A DNA stretch of 64,000 bases, from contig NC_092676.1 in assembly GCF_964355755.1 (NCBI RefSeq), positions 3,387,888 through 3,451,887 on the forward strand, read 5' to 3'. The notes under the pieces were generated by a model. The model was not told the DNA's origin, did no database searches, and saw only the letters and a list, made by a program, of their open reading frames with translations. This stretch comes from Antedon mediterranea (Eukaryota; Animalia; Echinodermata). Positions 34,909 to 48,117 of this stretch are shown here, piece by piece (positions within the stretch are counted from its first letter, which is position 1; each line of letters opens with the position of its first letter). The position numbers and the translations under genes are program-made.

Positions 34909-37430
34909 TTCTCATTAGGAAGTGTTTTTTCATATAGAAATGAATGATAATTATCTATATAGTAATTACGCTCTATGCACGGAAATTGCGAATCTACCGA
35001 AGATTAGCAGGAGGCATTTGAAGATCAGAAGTGTTCTTAACCTAGGCCTAGTGTCTAGAACAACTTTGGTAGTTGTTGACATTATGCATGAGGACCTGTG
35101 TGTTATTGAACAACAATACCCCACATAGATTTAATGTGCATTAATATATATATAAGAAGTTTTCTCGTGGACAACAATATCTAAATGCAAATAGACTAAA
35201 AATAAAACAATAAGAACAAATTTATAAAACGTATAACATGAATAATAATCTAATGAAAAGAATCTACAGAACAAACAACGAAAACTGCACCAACGACGCA
35301 CCTTCATAGACACTTGTTTTGAGAATGTTTTGTCCCTAAATTAGAGGTTAATGCCAGGTATGATCTATTAAGGCTTTTATTATGTGAAATTTTTAACTTT
35401 CAACATTTGCAAACTACTGTCCCTACGTACAAGGGTGTGACTTTAAAGTATTGTAAGACTAGTATGGGCCATGATACTTCCATGGTAAGAGAAATAGAAA
35501 AGTAGGTTAAATATATACGTTAATATCTTGAATTATTATAGCATGAGCATTGTATTGTAATTTTGTTTAAGGAAGTAAATAAAAAAATATTATAATGTTA
35601 GAAATAATAAACTCTGAAATGAACATTAAGCAGAAGAAGGGAAGGAAGGAAGTACAAACAGATGATTAGCAAGAATTAAAACCGTACAGAAACGAGGAAA
35701 GAAACAGAGAATATAAAGTTCGTCGATAACAAATCCTAATTTGGCATGAAATAAGCAACAATAAAATATCAATATATGCAAGTACACGTGATCGTCCAAA
35801 CGGTTTTTCCATGTTTCTATATAAACTACGATTGTATACGTCATTATATTTTATATAAGTATAATATAGATATTAAACGTTAAGACATACAAAAGTAGGT
35901 AGCAAAAGGTAGATATGTACACGTTGCAAATTAGTAATTTTATTGAATATGTAAGTAATATAATACATATTTCTATTTCATATTTTTTCTTTAAGATTAT
36001 TATATTCTACATTCATTCTATATTCTATCTCAGACTTTTGTAATATTTTTCCTTTAAACGCTGGAAGGAATTCATTAAAAATGTTATTTTATTCTCTCAA
36101 GTGGAGTGTAGTCTATTGTTTTATTTTACTACATATTGAATAACATAAATATATTTCATTGAATATGTAATTGGTTTTGGTTTTATTATAAGAGAGCAAA
36201 CAAATTTAACATAATAAAGTGATTTTTTTTTCAAATGTTTGTTTTACTTGTTTGTTGTGTGAATTTACATTTGAATATAAAACGACAAACATTGAAAAAC
36301 GTTGAAAATTAAGCAATAATGGTTATTGTTTATTTATTTTTGTTTTTAGCTTTATATTTACATAAATAAAAAAATCTTAAATTAGGCTCTCAAAATGAGA
36401 TCTCATTTAGGTTAGTTGATTTTTATCGTCATCATAATTATTCATTTCTAGGCCTAATTGTTTAAATAATTATTTAAAAAAAAACAAAATTCAAAACATA
36501 CAAGCAGGTATATACTTTGTGGTGCCACTACTAGTTTGGTCCTTAGAAAACTTGCAATCCAAAAACATTGCACACATTTTACGGTGAAGAATATTAGAAT
36601 TGGAACTTGCTAGTTATCATGTCAGTATAGTGGGCCTATTGTGTTTAGTTAATTCACCCTATATACGCTTTATTATTTATATTTTTTAAATTATCTTATG
36701 TTTGCCACTGATAAACTAAAGTGAAGACCAATACTTAATAAAATAAATAATACGCACGCCCTCTTGAGGAAGCAAACGAAAGCTTGAAGCACGCCCTCTT
36801 GAGGAAGCAAACAGGAGTTTGAAGCCCTTCAATTCTACAATGTTTATTTAAAAACCTTTCTCAATAAAAAAATATATGGTCGTGGACATATATTCAATAA
36901 TTAGGCCTCTGTTGATCTATTCATACAGAATAAGAAATACAAATGTATAACGAACATGCGACAATAGTAATTGGATATTTTTCTAAAAAATACCTTACAA
37001 CATTGTGTACAAGTAGATCACAACAACTTACGTTTTAGACCAAACCTTCACTGTGGGGGCGGTAAACATTTATAGTACAGTAGTTTCAGCTATTTTACCT
37101 ATACAATAATGGAATAAGATGTTTACAAAACTTTAGAGTGGATACGCGGTTATTTCTGTATATAGCAAGTGACCAGGTTTGATGTATCAATACAGTGACT
37201 ACATAGTGTACAGGAATCAGATCGCGTGAGTGCTTAAACTGAGTACGATTTCATAACAACGCAAGTATCGACTAACAATAAGGTTTACATTATAAACATT
37301 ACTGTTTAATCATCAGAATTTACCTACGTTTATTTGTATACGTTTTAATTTTATCATGAATATCTAGTTTGGAAATTGATTTAAACTGAACTAAAGTAAT
37401 AGAAGCTGAACTACAAACTACCAAGTCGCA

Positions 37431-39332
37431 ATGTTTATAATGACTCATCATCATTGCTTGCTGTGCCTGATTGTGTTGTATAGTATATTTCACTGCTGTT
37501 TTGGACAAACCTATTTGTTCACAGAAGATCCACAACCGGTTCTCGTTGCAGAAGGACAAACAGCAACGCTATCATGTGTTTGGAAACCAGAATTGTTCGA
37601 ACAGCATAACTTTGAATGGGTATTTTTCCCTCAGGATGGTGGTCAGGCTCAATCAATTCGAATGTCAAATTCAAAACACAATTTAATAAATAACGCAACA
37701 TCTTCGAATCTTTCAATTTTTAATGTTGATTCTGAAGACGCGGGAGACTACAGGTGTGATATCATAGGAAATAATGAATACAGTTATTCTAATCAGGCTG
37801 CCGTAGTGATAGGAGAAATAAGATGCAATCCAGAATATGATACTGGTGAAATAGGAACAACGCTGACATGTTCTTATACTTCTTCTTATCCTTTAAATGA
37901 TATTGATTTACGATGGTATAAAGACGGAAATAGAGTAATATCAGACACACAAGACAAACACGTTTTAGAATCAAGAGCTTTGACTGCTGAAGACGATGGA
38001 GCTGTATTTACTTGTAAAGCTTTTATCGGACATCAAGTGATAGGAACTTGTGAAACTACTCCGCTAGTACTGACTATAGATGCAGAGATTGAACAATCAC
38101 CGCCAGGTACACTTCAGGTTGGTGATAGCTTTAATCTTACATGCACAGCAGGGAAAGGTAATCCTGAATATTATGAATATGAATGGATGTGGACTGACAA
38201 ACCAGTAGGATCGTCAACATGTAAAAATAAATTTGCAATAGGCCATGTCCTTACGGTTTTGGGTGCATCAATTAATACGAATGGCACAAACGCTACTTGT
38301 ATTATTAGTCGTGATGGTCGAAACATCAGTACAACGACCTATACAATAAATACAGTTTTCATAAGTTTGACCTCAACAACGACACATTCACACACGACAC
38401 CAGGTACGCATACACACAAGTCAAGTATATATAAACTATCAGAAACTACTAGACTAAAGATTGTCATTGGAGCCGTTTCAGTAGCGCTTGTGATGTCGAC
38501 GACAGGAAATATAATTTACTTGTTAAGAAAAAGGCGCAAAAAGATTAAACGAATAAGCCTGCAATTAAAATCAATGAATGACATTGAACAAAAGACTACA
38601 GATTCTGACGTTCATGGAAATTTGGTGACAGTTTTGACTGTTGATAAGCCTGGGATTTCAAAAGAGTCAAACGCAGAAGACAATTTAACCACTATGTCAT
38701 GTGATAAACGTACACTGGCAGCACGTGACCAATTACAAGACAACGTTGATTATGATTTTGTTGCATCAGCAGACAATCAAAGCACTGACAATACAGTAAA
38801 CAGCAACAATGAATGCCATGATTCGGCATTAGTAGACATTCACAACGACGAAATGACATCTGAAACAGGCAGTGAATATGAGTATGATTATGTGGAGACA
38901 TCAGGTATAGGGGCCACAGAAAATATCGGCTCTGCAGAATACATTGAGGTTGTCGAGGACAGCGCTAATGACGATTCCAGTAAAGATTCACTAAAAACAG
39001 AAAATACTAGGCCTACAGCTGGCGAGTACAATGATGCTTCAATGTCACAAACTTATATTTCCATAAATACTAGAACAAATGATAAAGAAGCTGAGTACGA
39101 AAACAGTAAATTACATCGTCTCAAAGGTATCTCGACTTCTGACAACTCAAAGACCAAGTCCGAAAGTGTTAAATTATCATCGAGATTAAGAAGAGATGGA
39201 ATAACCATTTCAGATAATCGCGAGGATGACGTCACCCTGGTGTATGCGAGTACAGTTGAAGTACCTGATAGAAACGACGTGTACGAAAATGCATCGGTAC
39301 GCACAAAAGCAGTGAAGTGTGCTAAGAAATAG
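37431..39332 (+). CDS. G9: 3-Ig receptor with atypical polar TM and class-A tail
   Basis: 633-aa ORF; D1 close to G8 and G11; TM IVIGAVSVALVMSTTGNIIYLL; tail ends DVYENASVRTKAVKCAKK. Confidence 0.9.
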   Translation: MFIMTHHHCLLCLIVLYSIFHCCFGQTYLFTEDPQPVLVAEGQTATLSCVWKPELFEQHNFEWVFFPQDGGQAQSIRMSNSKHNLINNATSSNLSIFNVDSEDAGDYRCDIIGNNEYSYSNQAAVVIGEIRCNPEYDTGEIGTTLTCSYTSSYPLNDIDLRWYKDGNRVISDTQDKHVLESRALTAEDDGAVFTCKAFIGHQVIGTCETTPLVLTIDAEIEQSPPGTLQVGDSFNLTCTAGKGNPEYYEYEWMWTDKPVGSSTCKNKFAIGHVLTVLGASINTNGTNATCIISRDGRNISTTTYTINTVFISLTSTTTHSHTTPGTHTHKSSIYKLSETTRLKIVIGAVSVALVMSTTGNIIYLLRKRRKKIKRISLQLKSMNDIEQKTTDSDVHGNLVTVLTVDKPGISKESNAEDNLTTMSCDKRTLAARDQLQDNVDYDFVASADNQSTDNTVNSNNECHDSALVDIHNDEMTSETGSEYEYDYVETSGIGATENIGSAEYIEVVEDSANDDSSKDSLKTENTRPTAGEYNDASMSQTYISINTRTNDKEAEYENSKLHRLKGISTSDNSKTKSESVKLSSRLRRDGITISDNREDDVTLVYASTVEVPDRNDVYENASVRTKAVKCAKK

Positions 39333-39847
39333 AAGAAGAATAACATAATCAACCGTACAGAATATTCATGCAAAAACAAACAATGAAAGAAACTTGTTTA
39401 TGAATGCTTAATCCCTAAATTAGAGGTTTATGGCAGGTATGATATCTTTAGTATTAAGGTTTTTATTAGTGAAATTGTTAACTTTCAACATTTGCAAACT
39501 AGTGTCCTTACGTACAGGGATGTGACTTAAAAGTATTGTAAGACTAGTATGGGCCATGGTACTTTCATGGTAAGAGAAATAGAAAAGTAGGCTAAATATA
39601 TAAGTTAATGTCTTGAATTATTATAGCATTAGTTAAAAAAGTATTGTAATTTTGTTTAAGGAAGTAAATAAAAATATTATATTAGAAATAATCAACTCTG
39701 AAATGAACATTAACCAGAAAAGGGAAGGAAGGAAGTATTAACAGATGATTAGCAAGAATTAAAACTGTACAGAAAAGAGAAAAGAAAAACAGAATAAAAT
39801 TCATCGATAAAATATCCTAATTTGGCATGAAATAAGCAACAATACTA

Positions 39848-40882
39848 ATGCTGACTATAGATGCAGAGATTGAACAGTCACCACCAGGTCCACTTCAGGC
39901 TGGGGATAGGTTTACCCTTACCTGTTCAGGGAAAGGTAATCTTGATTATTATGAATGGACGTGGAATGGCAAACCTAGGATAGGATCGTCGACAGATAAA
40001 AGTCGATTTGCAATAGATAATGTGCTTACTGCGACGAGAGTATCAATCAATGCTAATGGCAGAATAGTTACTTGTACTATTAGTCGTAGTGGTCGTAACA
40101 GCAGTACAGCGAGTTTTACAATAAATGTTCTACAGAACAATTCGAGTAGGCCTACTACTACACATTTGCAAACAACACCAACACAACAAGTCGTTACAGA
40201 CAAACTACTACCAACTACACGATTACACACTACACGTTTACATTCGACACGTACGCAACAAGTCTTTACAGACAAACAACTACCAACTACACGCTTACAC
40301 ACTACACGTTTACACACTACATGTTTGTCGACACGTACGCAACGATTCACTAAAGACCTAAAACTATCAGAAACTAATATATCGGCTGACAAGCCCCCAA
40401 CACTAATGGTTGTAATTAGTGTACTTGCAATTTTACTCGTAGTTTCTTTAATATTAATAATATACATGTATTTACAAAAAAGAAACGTATCTAGAGACAA
40501 CATAATTCCTTTAAATCGACCACCGAAAAATATTGGACACATTTACGATTATATTGTGTCTTCAGACACACAGATCAACACGAAAGGCCATGACACAAAC
40601 ACGTATGATTATGCCATATATCCGTGTACTCGCATCGCAGAGAACACAAGTGCTGAATACATTGAAGTAGAAGACAGTTTCCATGAGGGCCCACAAAAAC
40701 CAGAACAAAATATGACCGCAGTCGAGAACGATGATGTGTCCTTACAACCAACGGATATTTGCAGCAAAGAGGCCACGTACGAAAATGGTGAATTGCGTAT
40801 CAAAGGCATAGCAACTTCTGACAATATAACAACAATTAAGTACGAAAATACTAAATCATCTACGCATCTACAGGAAATATAA
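39848..40882 (+). pseudogene. G10: 5'-truncated copy (D3, stalk, TM, class-C tail only)
   Basis: The ORF begins at the D2/D3 boundary (LTIDAEIEQSPPG), fused to class-A 3'-flank sequence. No signal peptide, D1 or D2. Confidence 0.75.
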
Positions 40883-40990
40883 TTTACTTGTTAAGAAAAA
40901 GGCGCAAAAAGACAAAACGCATAAGCCCGCCATTAATATCAAAGAATGACATTAAAGAAAAGAAATACAGCAGAAACTACAAATTCTGAA
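40869..40990 (+). pseudogene. Remnant of a G9-like juxtamembrane segment
   Basis: acaggaaatataatttacttgttaagaaaaaggcgcaaaaaga is identical to G9 at about 38502-38544. Confidence 0.7.
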
Positions 40991-43050
40991 AACTTCGAAA
41001 ATGTCGACGTGGAGTGGATGGCAGAAATATGAATGTGAACGTGATCTTCAAAAATGGTCTATGATGGTTCTCTATAAAACATCGACTATACGTCATTATA
41101 TAAATATAATTGTTATTGATAGTTATTTACACGTTACAAGTAATTTTGTGAATATGCATTTAATAAATAAATATTATCCGGTATTACACACGTTGGAAAT
41201 TAAGCTATCTTTTTCTTTGTAAATTTTTTTTAATATAAAATAGCAAACAACTTTAACTTAATAAAGTTAATGAAGGTAACAATTAAAAGTGAAACCATTA
41301 ATTTGTTTAATACTTGTTTACTATGTTATTATTTAAAAAAACAATAACACTAAATTATAAGCGAGCAACACGACAAGAAAAACAAAGAAACAATTTGTTT
41401 TGTTATTGTTTTACTCTAGATTTTACTTGCTTTTCGGTTCAATGCTCAGTTAATTGCTGCATTCACACGGAAGACGGAGCCGTTCAATTTTTAATAGAAC
41501 TGTCTCTTATTTAATAAAACGGCGCCTAGGTAGGGTGGCGTACATTTTATTTTACGATAAATGTAAATATAGTAGGCTTATGAATAACAAAATAGATTTT
41601 ATGGAATATATATTTTTTTTATTAGATTATGTAATTGATTGTTATTATATGAGAGGAAACAAATTTAATAAAGTATAGCTAATATAGCTAATAGACTTTA
41701 AGCAAAAACTATATTATTCAGTAATTTACACGTTACAAGTTTGTAATTTGTGAATATGCATTTAATAAATAAATATAATCAGGTATTACACACATTGGGA
41801 AAAAGATATCTAATTCTTTGATAATTTTTATTAAAAGATAGAAAACAACTTTAATTTGATAAAGTTAATGAAGAAAAAACATTAAAAGTAAAATCATTAA
41901 TTTCTTTTATTATTGCTTTAACTCTAGATTTGACTTGCATTTCTGTTCAATGTACAATTTACATTCACACGGAAGACGGAGTCGTTCAATTCTTTATAGA
42001 ATGTATCTATTATTTAACAAAATTGCGCCTTCAACTTCGTGAAACGGAACAAGTTAGGCGTACATTTTATTTTACAGTAATGTAAATATAGTAGGCCTAC
42101 CTTATTCCATAATGAATAACAAAAATAAATTTCATTGAGAATATAATTATTTTTTTAGATTATGTAATCGATTGTCATCGTAAAAGAGCAAACAAATTTA
42201 ACTTTTAATAAAAGTATGTATTATTAGATAAAACTGAGATCAACGGTAACGACAATAAGGAAAGAAAGTTGTAAATACAGATAATTATGATTTTGCGAAC
42301 GAATTTATAAATGTGAAAGGCTATTAGTGAAACTGATGAAACTCAATATGGAAACAAAGAAAATGCCAAGTTCTTGATACTTTCTACATTTAGAAAATTG
42401 CTCAAAATAACTTTCCCCTAATGGACCTTGTTTAAAAGGTATCTAGAGTAGAGGAACAAATAATACATTAATTCGTTTTCTTAATTATTGATCAATAACT
42501 CACTAATATGTAAAATATATATAAGAACTCGTGGACAGCATTTAACTAAATGAAAAAAGACTAAAAATTAAAAAAAAAACACGAATTTATAAAACATAAA
42601 TAATAACCTAATGAACAGAAGAAAAAAAAAAATACAAGACTAACTAAACATAGCTTGTATGGACGAAAAATAAATGAAAAGACATCGTTAGGCCTAATAA
42701 TTGAAATAAAAAAAACCGAAATATTTCTAAAGAGAAAAATCATGATATATGTAAGAAAGTTAGAATTGATTTTTCAAATAATTTAGTTATAGTGTGCTAA
42801 GTGAAGAACAATTAATTTCAATTCAATTAGTGGTTATTATTATATTTAATATAACTACGACCGCCAGAGAAAGCAAAACTTTCCTAAATAAAATAATAGG
42901 CTTCTCCTTATCTATTCATATAGAACCAGAAATACAAATGTGAAATCATATAAACGAAGATGCGACAATAACAAAAATCGTTTTCAACATTAATGTAGAT
43001 CTCAACAATACATTACAACACAGGGATACTTCAGTTTTAGTCAAAATCGT

Positions 43051-43068
43051 CACTCTAGAGGGCGGTAT
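43051..43068 (+). promoter_or_regulatory. CTCF/GC-box-like upstream motif, forward type (representative)
   Basis: cactctagagggcggtat; related (t)agggggc(g/a)gta at 1441, 10895, 26318, 28863 and 37054, about 320-470 bp before ATGs (10895 is orphan). Confidence 0.3.
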
Positions 43069-43438
43069 ACAGTTGTACTACAGGAGCTTCCCCTATTTTA
43101 CAATAATGGAATAAGATATGTTTACAAAACTTTAGTGCGGATGCGCAGTTATTTCTGTATATAGCATGTGACCAGGTTTGATGTATCAATACAGTGACTA
43201 GATACAGTACAGGAATCAGATAGAGTGAGTGCTTAAACTGAGTACGATTTTATAACCACGCGAGTATCGACTAACAATAAGGCTTATTAAAAAAACATTG
43301 TTTGATCATCAGAATTTACCTACGTTTATTTGTATACGTTTTAATTTTATCATGAATATCTAGTTTGGAAATTGATTTAAACTGAACTAAAGTAATATTA
43401 AAAGCTGAACTAGAAACTACCAAATCGCAGTGTTTATA

Positions 43439-44920
43439 ATGACTCATCATCATTGCTTGCTGTGCCTGATTGTATTGTGTAGTATATTTTACGAATGTTT
43501 TGCACAAATATATGTCTTCACAGAAGACCCGAAATCAGTTCTTGTTGCTGAAGGAAACACAGCAAGTCTATCGTGCGAATGGAGACCAGAATTGGATGAA
43601 CGACATATCTTTGAATGGGTATTCTTCCCTGATGATGGTGGTCAGGCTCAATCAATTAGAATGTCAAATTCAAAGTACAATTTAATAAATAACGCAACAT
43701 CTTCGAATCTTTTTATTTCCAATGTTGCTTCTGATGACGTGGGATACTACAGGTTTGAGATCATCGGAATAAATAATGAATACAGTTTAGGCCTATCTGA
43801 TCCGGCTGCCGTAATGATAGGAGAAATAAGGTGCAATCCAGAATATGATAATGGTGAAATAGGAACAACGATGTCATGTTCTTATCTTTCTTCTTATCCT
43901 TCAAATGATATTTATTTACGATGGTATAAAGACGGAAATATAGTATTATCAGACACACAAGACAAACACGTTATAGAATCAAGAGCTTTGACTGCTGAAG
44001 ACGATGGCGCTGTATTTTCTTGTAAAGCCACACTGGTGGTATCTCAAATTCAAGTGATAGGAACTTGTGAAATTACGCCGCTAGTATTGACTATAGATAC
44101 AGAGATTGAACAATCACCACTAGGTCAACTTCAGGTTGGTGATAGCTTTAATTTTACCTGCTCAGGGAAAGGAAATCCTGATTACTATGATTATAAATGG
44201 ACGTGGAATGACAAACCAGTAGGATCGTCGCCAAATAAAAGACGATTTGCAATAGGTAATGTGCTTACTGCGATGAGTGTACCAAGCAGTGCTAATGGCA
44301 AAAACGCTACTTGTACCATTAGTCGTAGTGGTCGCAACAGCAGTACAGCGAGATATACAATAAACGTGCTAGAGAACATTTGGAGTAGGCCTAAAACTAC
44401 ACGATTGCAAACAACACCAGATAGACGTACGCAACAACTCATTACAGACCAAATCTCAGCAACTAATATCTCATCGGGTGACGAGTCCCCAACACTAATG
44501 GTTGTTATTAGTGTACTTGCAATTTCATTTGTAATTGCTTTAATATTAATAATATACATGCATTTACAAAAGAGGAACTTAGCTAGGGACAACACAATTC
44601 CTTCAAAACGACCGTCGACTAATATTGGGCACAATTACGATTACATTACGTCATCAGACACACACGTGACCACGGCAGTCAATGACATAGATAATAAATA
44701 CGATTATGCCGTATATCCGTGCACACGAAATGAGAAAAACGTCACTGATGAATATATTGAGGTAATCAATTTTTCCCAAGATGACCCACCAAAACCAGAA
44801 AGTAATATCGCGGCTGAGTACGCTAACGTTGCGTTGCAACCAACAGATATTTGCAGCGAAGAGCCAAAGTACGAAAATAATAAACTACGTGTTAAACGCT
44901 ACAAGCATGACAACGTCTGA
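43439..44920 (+). CDS. G11: 3-Ig receptor, G9-type D1 (second Cys changed to Phe), class-C tail
   Basis: ATG 43439. DVGYYRFEI instead of YRCDI; TM LMVVISVLAISFVIALILIIYM; tail ends KYENNKLRVKRYKHDNV. Confidence 0.87.
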   Translation: MTHHHCLLCLIVLCSIFYECFAQIYVFTEDPKSVLVAEGNTASLSCEWRPELDERHIFEWVFFPDDGGQAQSIRMSNSKYNLINNATSSNLFISNVASDDVGYYRFEIIGINNEYSLGLSDPAAVMIGEIRCNPEYDNGEIGTTMSCSYLSSYPSNDIYLRWYKDGNIVLSDTQDKHVIESRALTAEDDGAVFSCKATLVVSQIQVIGTCEITPLVLTIDTEIEQSPLGQLQVGDSFNFTCSGKGNPDYYDYKWTWNDKPVGSSPNKRRFAIGNVLTAMSVPSSANGKNATCTISRSGRNSSTARYTINVLENIWSRPKTTRLQTTPDRRTQQLITDQISATNISSGDESPTLMVVISVLAISFVIALILIIYMHLQKRNLARDNTIPSKRPSTNIGHNYDYITSSDTHVTTAVNDIDNKYDYAVYPCTRNEKNVTDEYIEVINFSQDDPPKPESNIAAEYANVALQPTDICSEEPKYENNKLRVKRYKHDNV

Positions 44921-46119
44921 CAATGTAAAAACCAAGTACGAACAAGATTGAAATTGTTAACGTCACATCAGACTGTAAAAAAACATCAAACGACTTAATT
45001 AATTATATAAAAATATATTATAATATTCCAGAGACGAAAATATCTTTTTAACTAATGTTGAGCGTAGAAAATATATTCAAAAAGTACCGAATCAAAATTA
45101 AGGAAGAGTGAGATTCTTTTCTGATCTAAATTATATGTAAACGAGCAACACAAAACAATAAGGAAGGAAAGGAGTTTTACGAAAAGATTATCTCAAGGTT
45201 TCAAAGCAGGTACAGTACTATGATTGGTTCATGATCAAGTGCCGGTCCGGTCACGTGTTCAGTTTTACATTCACGTTCAAAGAATGTTTTACACAATCCG
45301 GGTTCCGACGAGCACACCCCAAAGAAAAAATCGAGTGAGTTCAATCAGTCATTAGAAAGGATGTTGACTTTTGTTAAACTTTACTACCGAGTTTTAGATT
45401 GTTGATATTTGAACAGGTTTTGTGCGCAATGATATTCATAATATGTTTCATTACGTTAATCATAAGTCTATACGCAATATCACATTACATCGAATGTTTC
45501 ATGAGACATAGTCGTATATCGATTTAACTTGAAGAAAACGACGAAAACCATTATAGAAATTCAGCAAGGAGATCCGAAAAAAACAAATGGCATGATAAAA
45601 AGCTAAAAAATAAAGAAAAACAAATAATAATCGTTGAATATTTATCCACACAAATTGTGAAGTTGAGTACGAAAAGAATACATTAATACAGTATAGTGAC
45701 ATATTCCTTGAGGTTTGTTTTATCACATTCAAGATCAGTGCGTAGAATTATTGTAAAACAAGTTTCTCGACGCCCAAAAGAAAAGAGGACGAAAACCAAA
45801 GTATTATGACAAAATGTAAGACTAGTAAAAACGGTATAAAAAAAACATCTTACTTTGAACGTTAACACGACAGGTAAGAGAAAGTTATGTTTCAACCAAT
45901 CACAGTCACGAACAACTCAGCGTTTACAACTTAAACATTCACTGACCATAACGGTTTTAATCGATAGATGTACTTCACGCTCTCTCTAGGAAAAAATGGC
46001 AATGTATTAGGAAAGTATTTTTGCAGTATTACATCATTAATGTTGAATATTCAGTGGCACTATTTCCTGGTCATTTCTGCAGTAATCAAGTGTACCATTA
46101 GTAGTGAAATAGATCATTC

Positions 46120-46143
46120 CAGGGAAGAGTTAACTCTTCCCTG
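46120..46143. mobile_element. 24-bp perfect palindromic insertion with target-site duplication
   Basis: cagggaagagtt|aactcttccctg flanked by duplicated (g)atcattc(c). Paralogous promoters (about 4420, 12722, 16110) have the empty site agatcattccaac. Confidence 0.75.
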
Positions 46144-46446
46144 ATCATTCCAACTTATATAACAACTAAATAAAGACACTTGTAGTGTCAACGTGTAATG
46201 TTTGACTACGAATATAGGATATGACCGTATAAGAAGTTATTATTGGATATAATGTTTGATTGAAGTGTTTATAAATCTATGCGTACAGTCTACATTTTGA
46301 TAAGGAAGTTAACTTAAGCAATGTTTGGAAGTCAGTCAAAGTGCCCGAGTCAGTACTATAGTATTTTATTAGGCATATAACAACGCGTGGGAACATTACA
46401 ACATTATAATTGTTTATAATTAGCTACATTTAATGCAAAGCTTACA

Positions 46447-48003
46447 ATGGCTCAACATCAATATTGTACATTGCTGTTTTACAAGTACTTGATTATATCG
46501 TATAGTGTATTTTACTGCGGCTGTGCACAATTTTATACTTTTACACAACATCCACAATCGGTTCTCGTTGCTGAAGGACAAACAGCAACGTTATCGTGTG
46601 AATGGACACCAGCACTGATATATGTAAACCATAACTACATTGCATGGGCAGTATTTCCCAATCGTGGTAGGTCTGAGACAATTGAAAGTTCTAATTCAAA
46701 ATACAATTTAAGAAATGGAGCAACATTTTCATTTTTATCCATTCTCAATGTTGATTATAACGATGTCGGAAAATACAGGTGTGATATCTTTGATAGTGAT
46801 TCAACATACACTCTTTCTGAATCGGCTTCTGTAGTTCTAGGAGAAATAACGTGCAGTCCAGAGAATGACAATGGTGAGATTGGAACAACAATGACATGTT
46901 CTTATTTTACTTCTTATTATTCACGTGATATTGATTTACTATGGTATAAAAACAGGAAACAAATTACATCAAAAGTAAAACAAAATAATGTTATCAAATC
47001 AAATTTGACTGTCGAAGACGATGGAGCTGTATTTACGTGTAAAGCCACTGTCAGACCATCACATAGACTGATAGGAACTTGTGGAACTACTCCGCTAGTA
47101 TTGACTATAGATGCAGAGATTGAACAATCACCACCAGGTACACTTCAGGTTGGAAATAGCTTCAATCTTACCTGCTCAGCGAAAGGTAATCCTGATTATT
47201 ATAATTACGAATGGACGTGGAATAACAAACCTGTAGGATGGTCACCAAATAAAAGACTATTTGCAATAGGTAATGTGCTTACTGCGACGAGTGTATCAAT
47301 CAATGCTAATGGCAAAATGATTACTTGTACCATTAGTCGTGATGGTCGTAACAGCAGTACAGCGAATTATACAATAAACGTTATAGAGAACATTTCGAGT
47401 AGGCATACAACTAAACAACACTATACAACACCAGGTAGACGTACGCAAAAAGTCGTTACAGACAAACTACTACCAACTACACGCTTACACACTACACGTT
47501 TGCAGTCGACACGTCCGCAACCACTCATTACAGACAAACTATCAGAAAATATCTCTTCGGCTGACGAGCCCCCAACACTAATGGTTGTTATTAGTGTACT
47601 TGCAATTTCACTTGCAATTGCTTTAATATTATTAATATACATGAAAATACAAAAGAGGAACTTAGCTAGAGACAACACAATTCCTTCAAAACGACCGACG
47701 ACTAACATTGGACACAATTATGATTACATTACGTCATCAGACACACACGTGACCACGGCAGTCAATGACATAGATAATAAATACGATTATGCCGTATATC
47801 CGTGCACACGCAATGAGAAAATCGTCACTGCTGAATATATTGAGGTAGTCAACTTTTCCAAAGATGACCCAACAAATCCAGAAAGTAATAGCGCGGCTGA
47901 GTACGATAACGTTGCATTGCAACCAACAGATATTTGCAGCGAAGAGCCAAAGTACGAAAATAATAAACTACGTGTTAAACGCTACAAGCATGACAACGTC
48001 TGA
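46447..48003 (+). CDS. G12: 3-Ig receptor, class-C tail
   Basis: 518-aa ORF with SP, 3 Ig domains, stalk, TM and a tail with YDYI/YDYAVY/EYIEV/YDNV/YEN. Confidence 0.9.
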   Translation: MAQHQYCTLLFYKYLIISYSVFYCGCAQFYTFTQHPQSVLVAEGQTATLSCEWTPALIYVNHNYIAWAVFPNRGRSETIESSNSKYNLRNGATFSFLSILNVDYNDVGKYRCDIFDSDSTYTLSESASVVLGEITCSPENDNGEIGTTMTCSYFTSYYSRDIDLLWYKNRKQITSKVKQNNVIKSNLTVEDDGAVFTCKATVRPSHRLIGTCGTTPLVLTIDAEIEQSPPGTLQVGNSFNLTCSAKGNPDYYNYEWTWNNKPVGWSPNKRLFAIGNVLTATSVSINANGKMITCTISRDGRNSSTANYTINVIENISSRHTTKQHYTTPGRRTQKVVTDKLLPTTRLHTTRLQSTRPQPLITDKLSENISSADEPPTLMVVISVLAISLAIALILLIYMKIQKRNLARDNTIPSKRPTTNIGHNYDYITSSDTHVTTAVNDIDNKYDYAVYPCTRNEKIVTAEYIEVVNFSKDDPTNPESNSAAEYDNVALQPTDICSEEPKYENNKLRVKRYKHDNV

Positions 48004-48117
48004 CAATGTAAAAACCAAGTACGAAAATATTTACGCGCTGGCCATCAGTGAGGATAAATACAATGACGTCATATTGAGGATCACAGAAGCGCATACTGAC
48101 GACGCAAACGAGTACGA

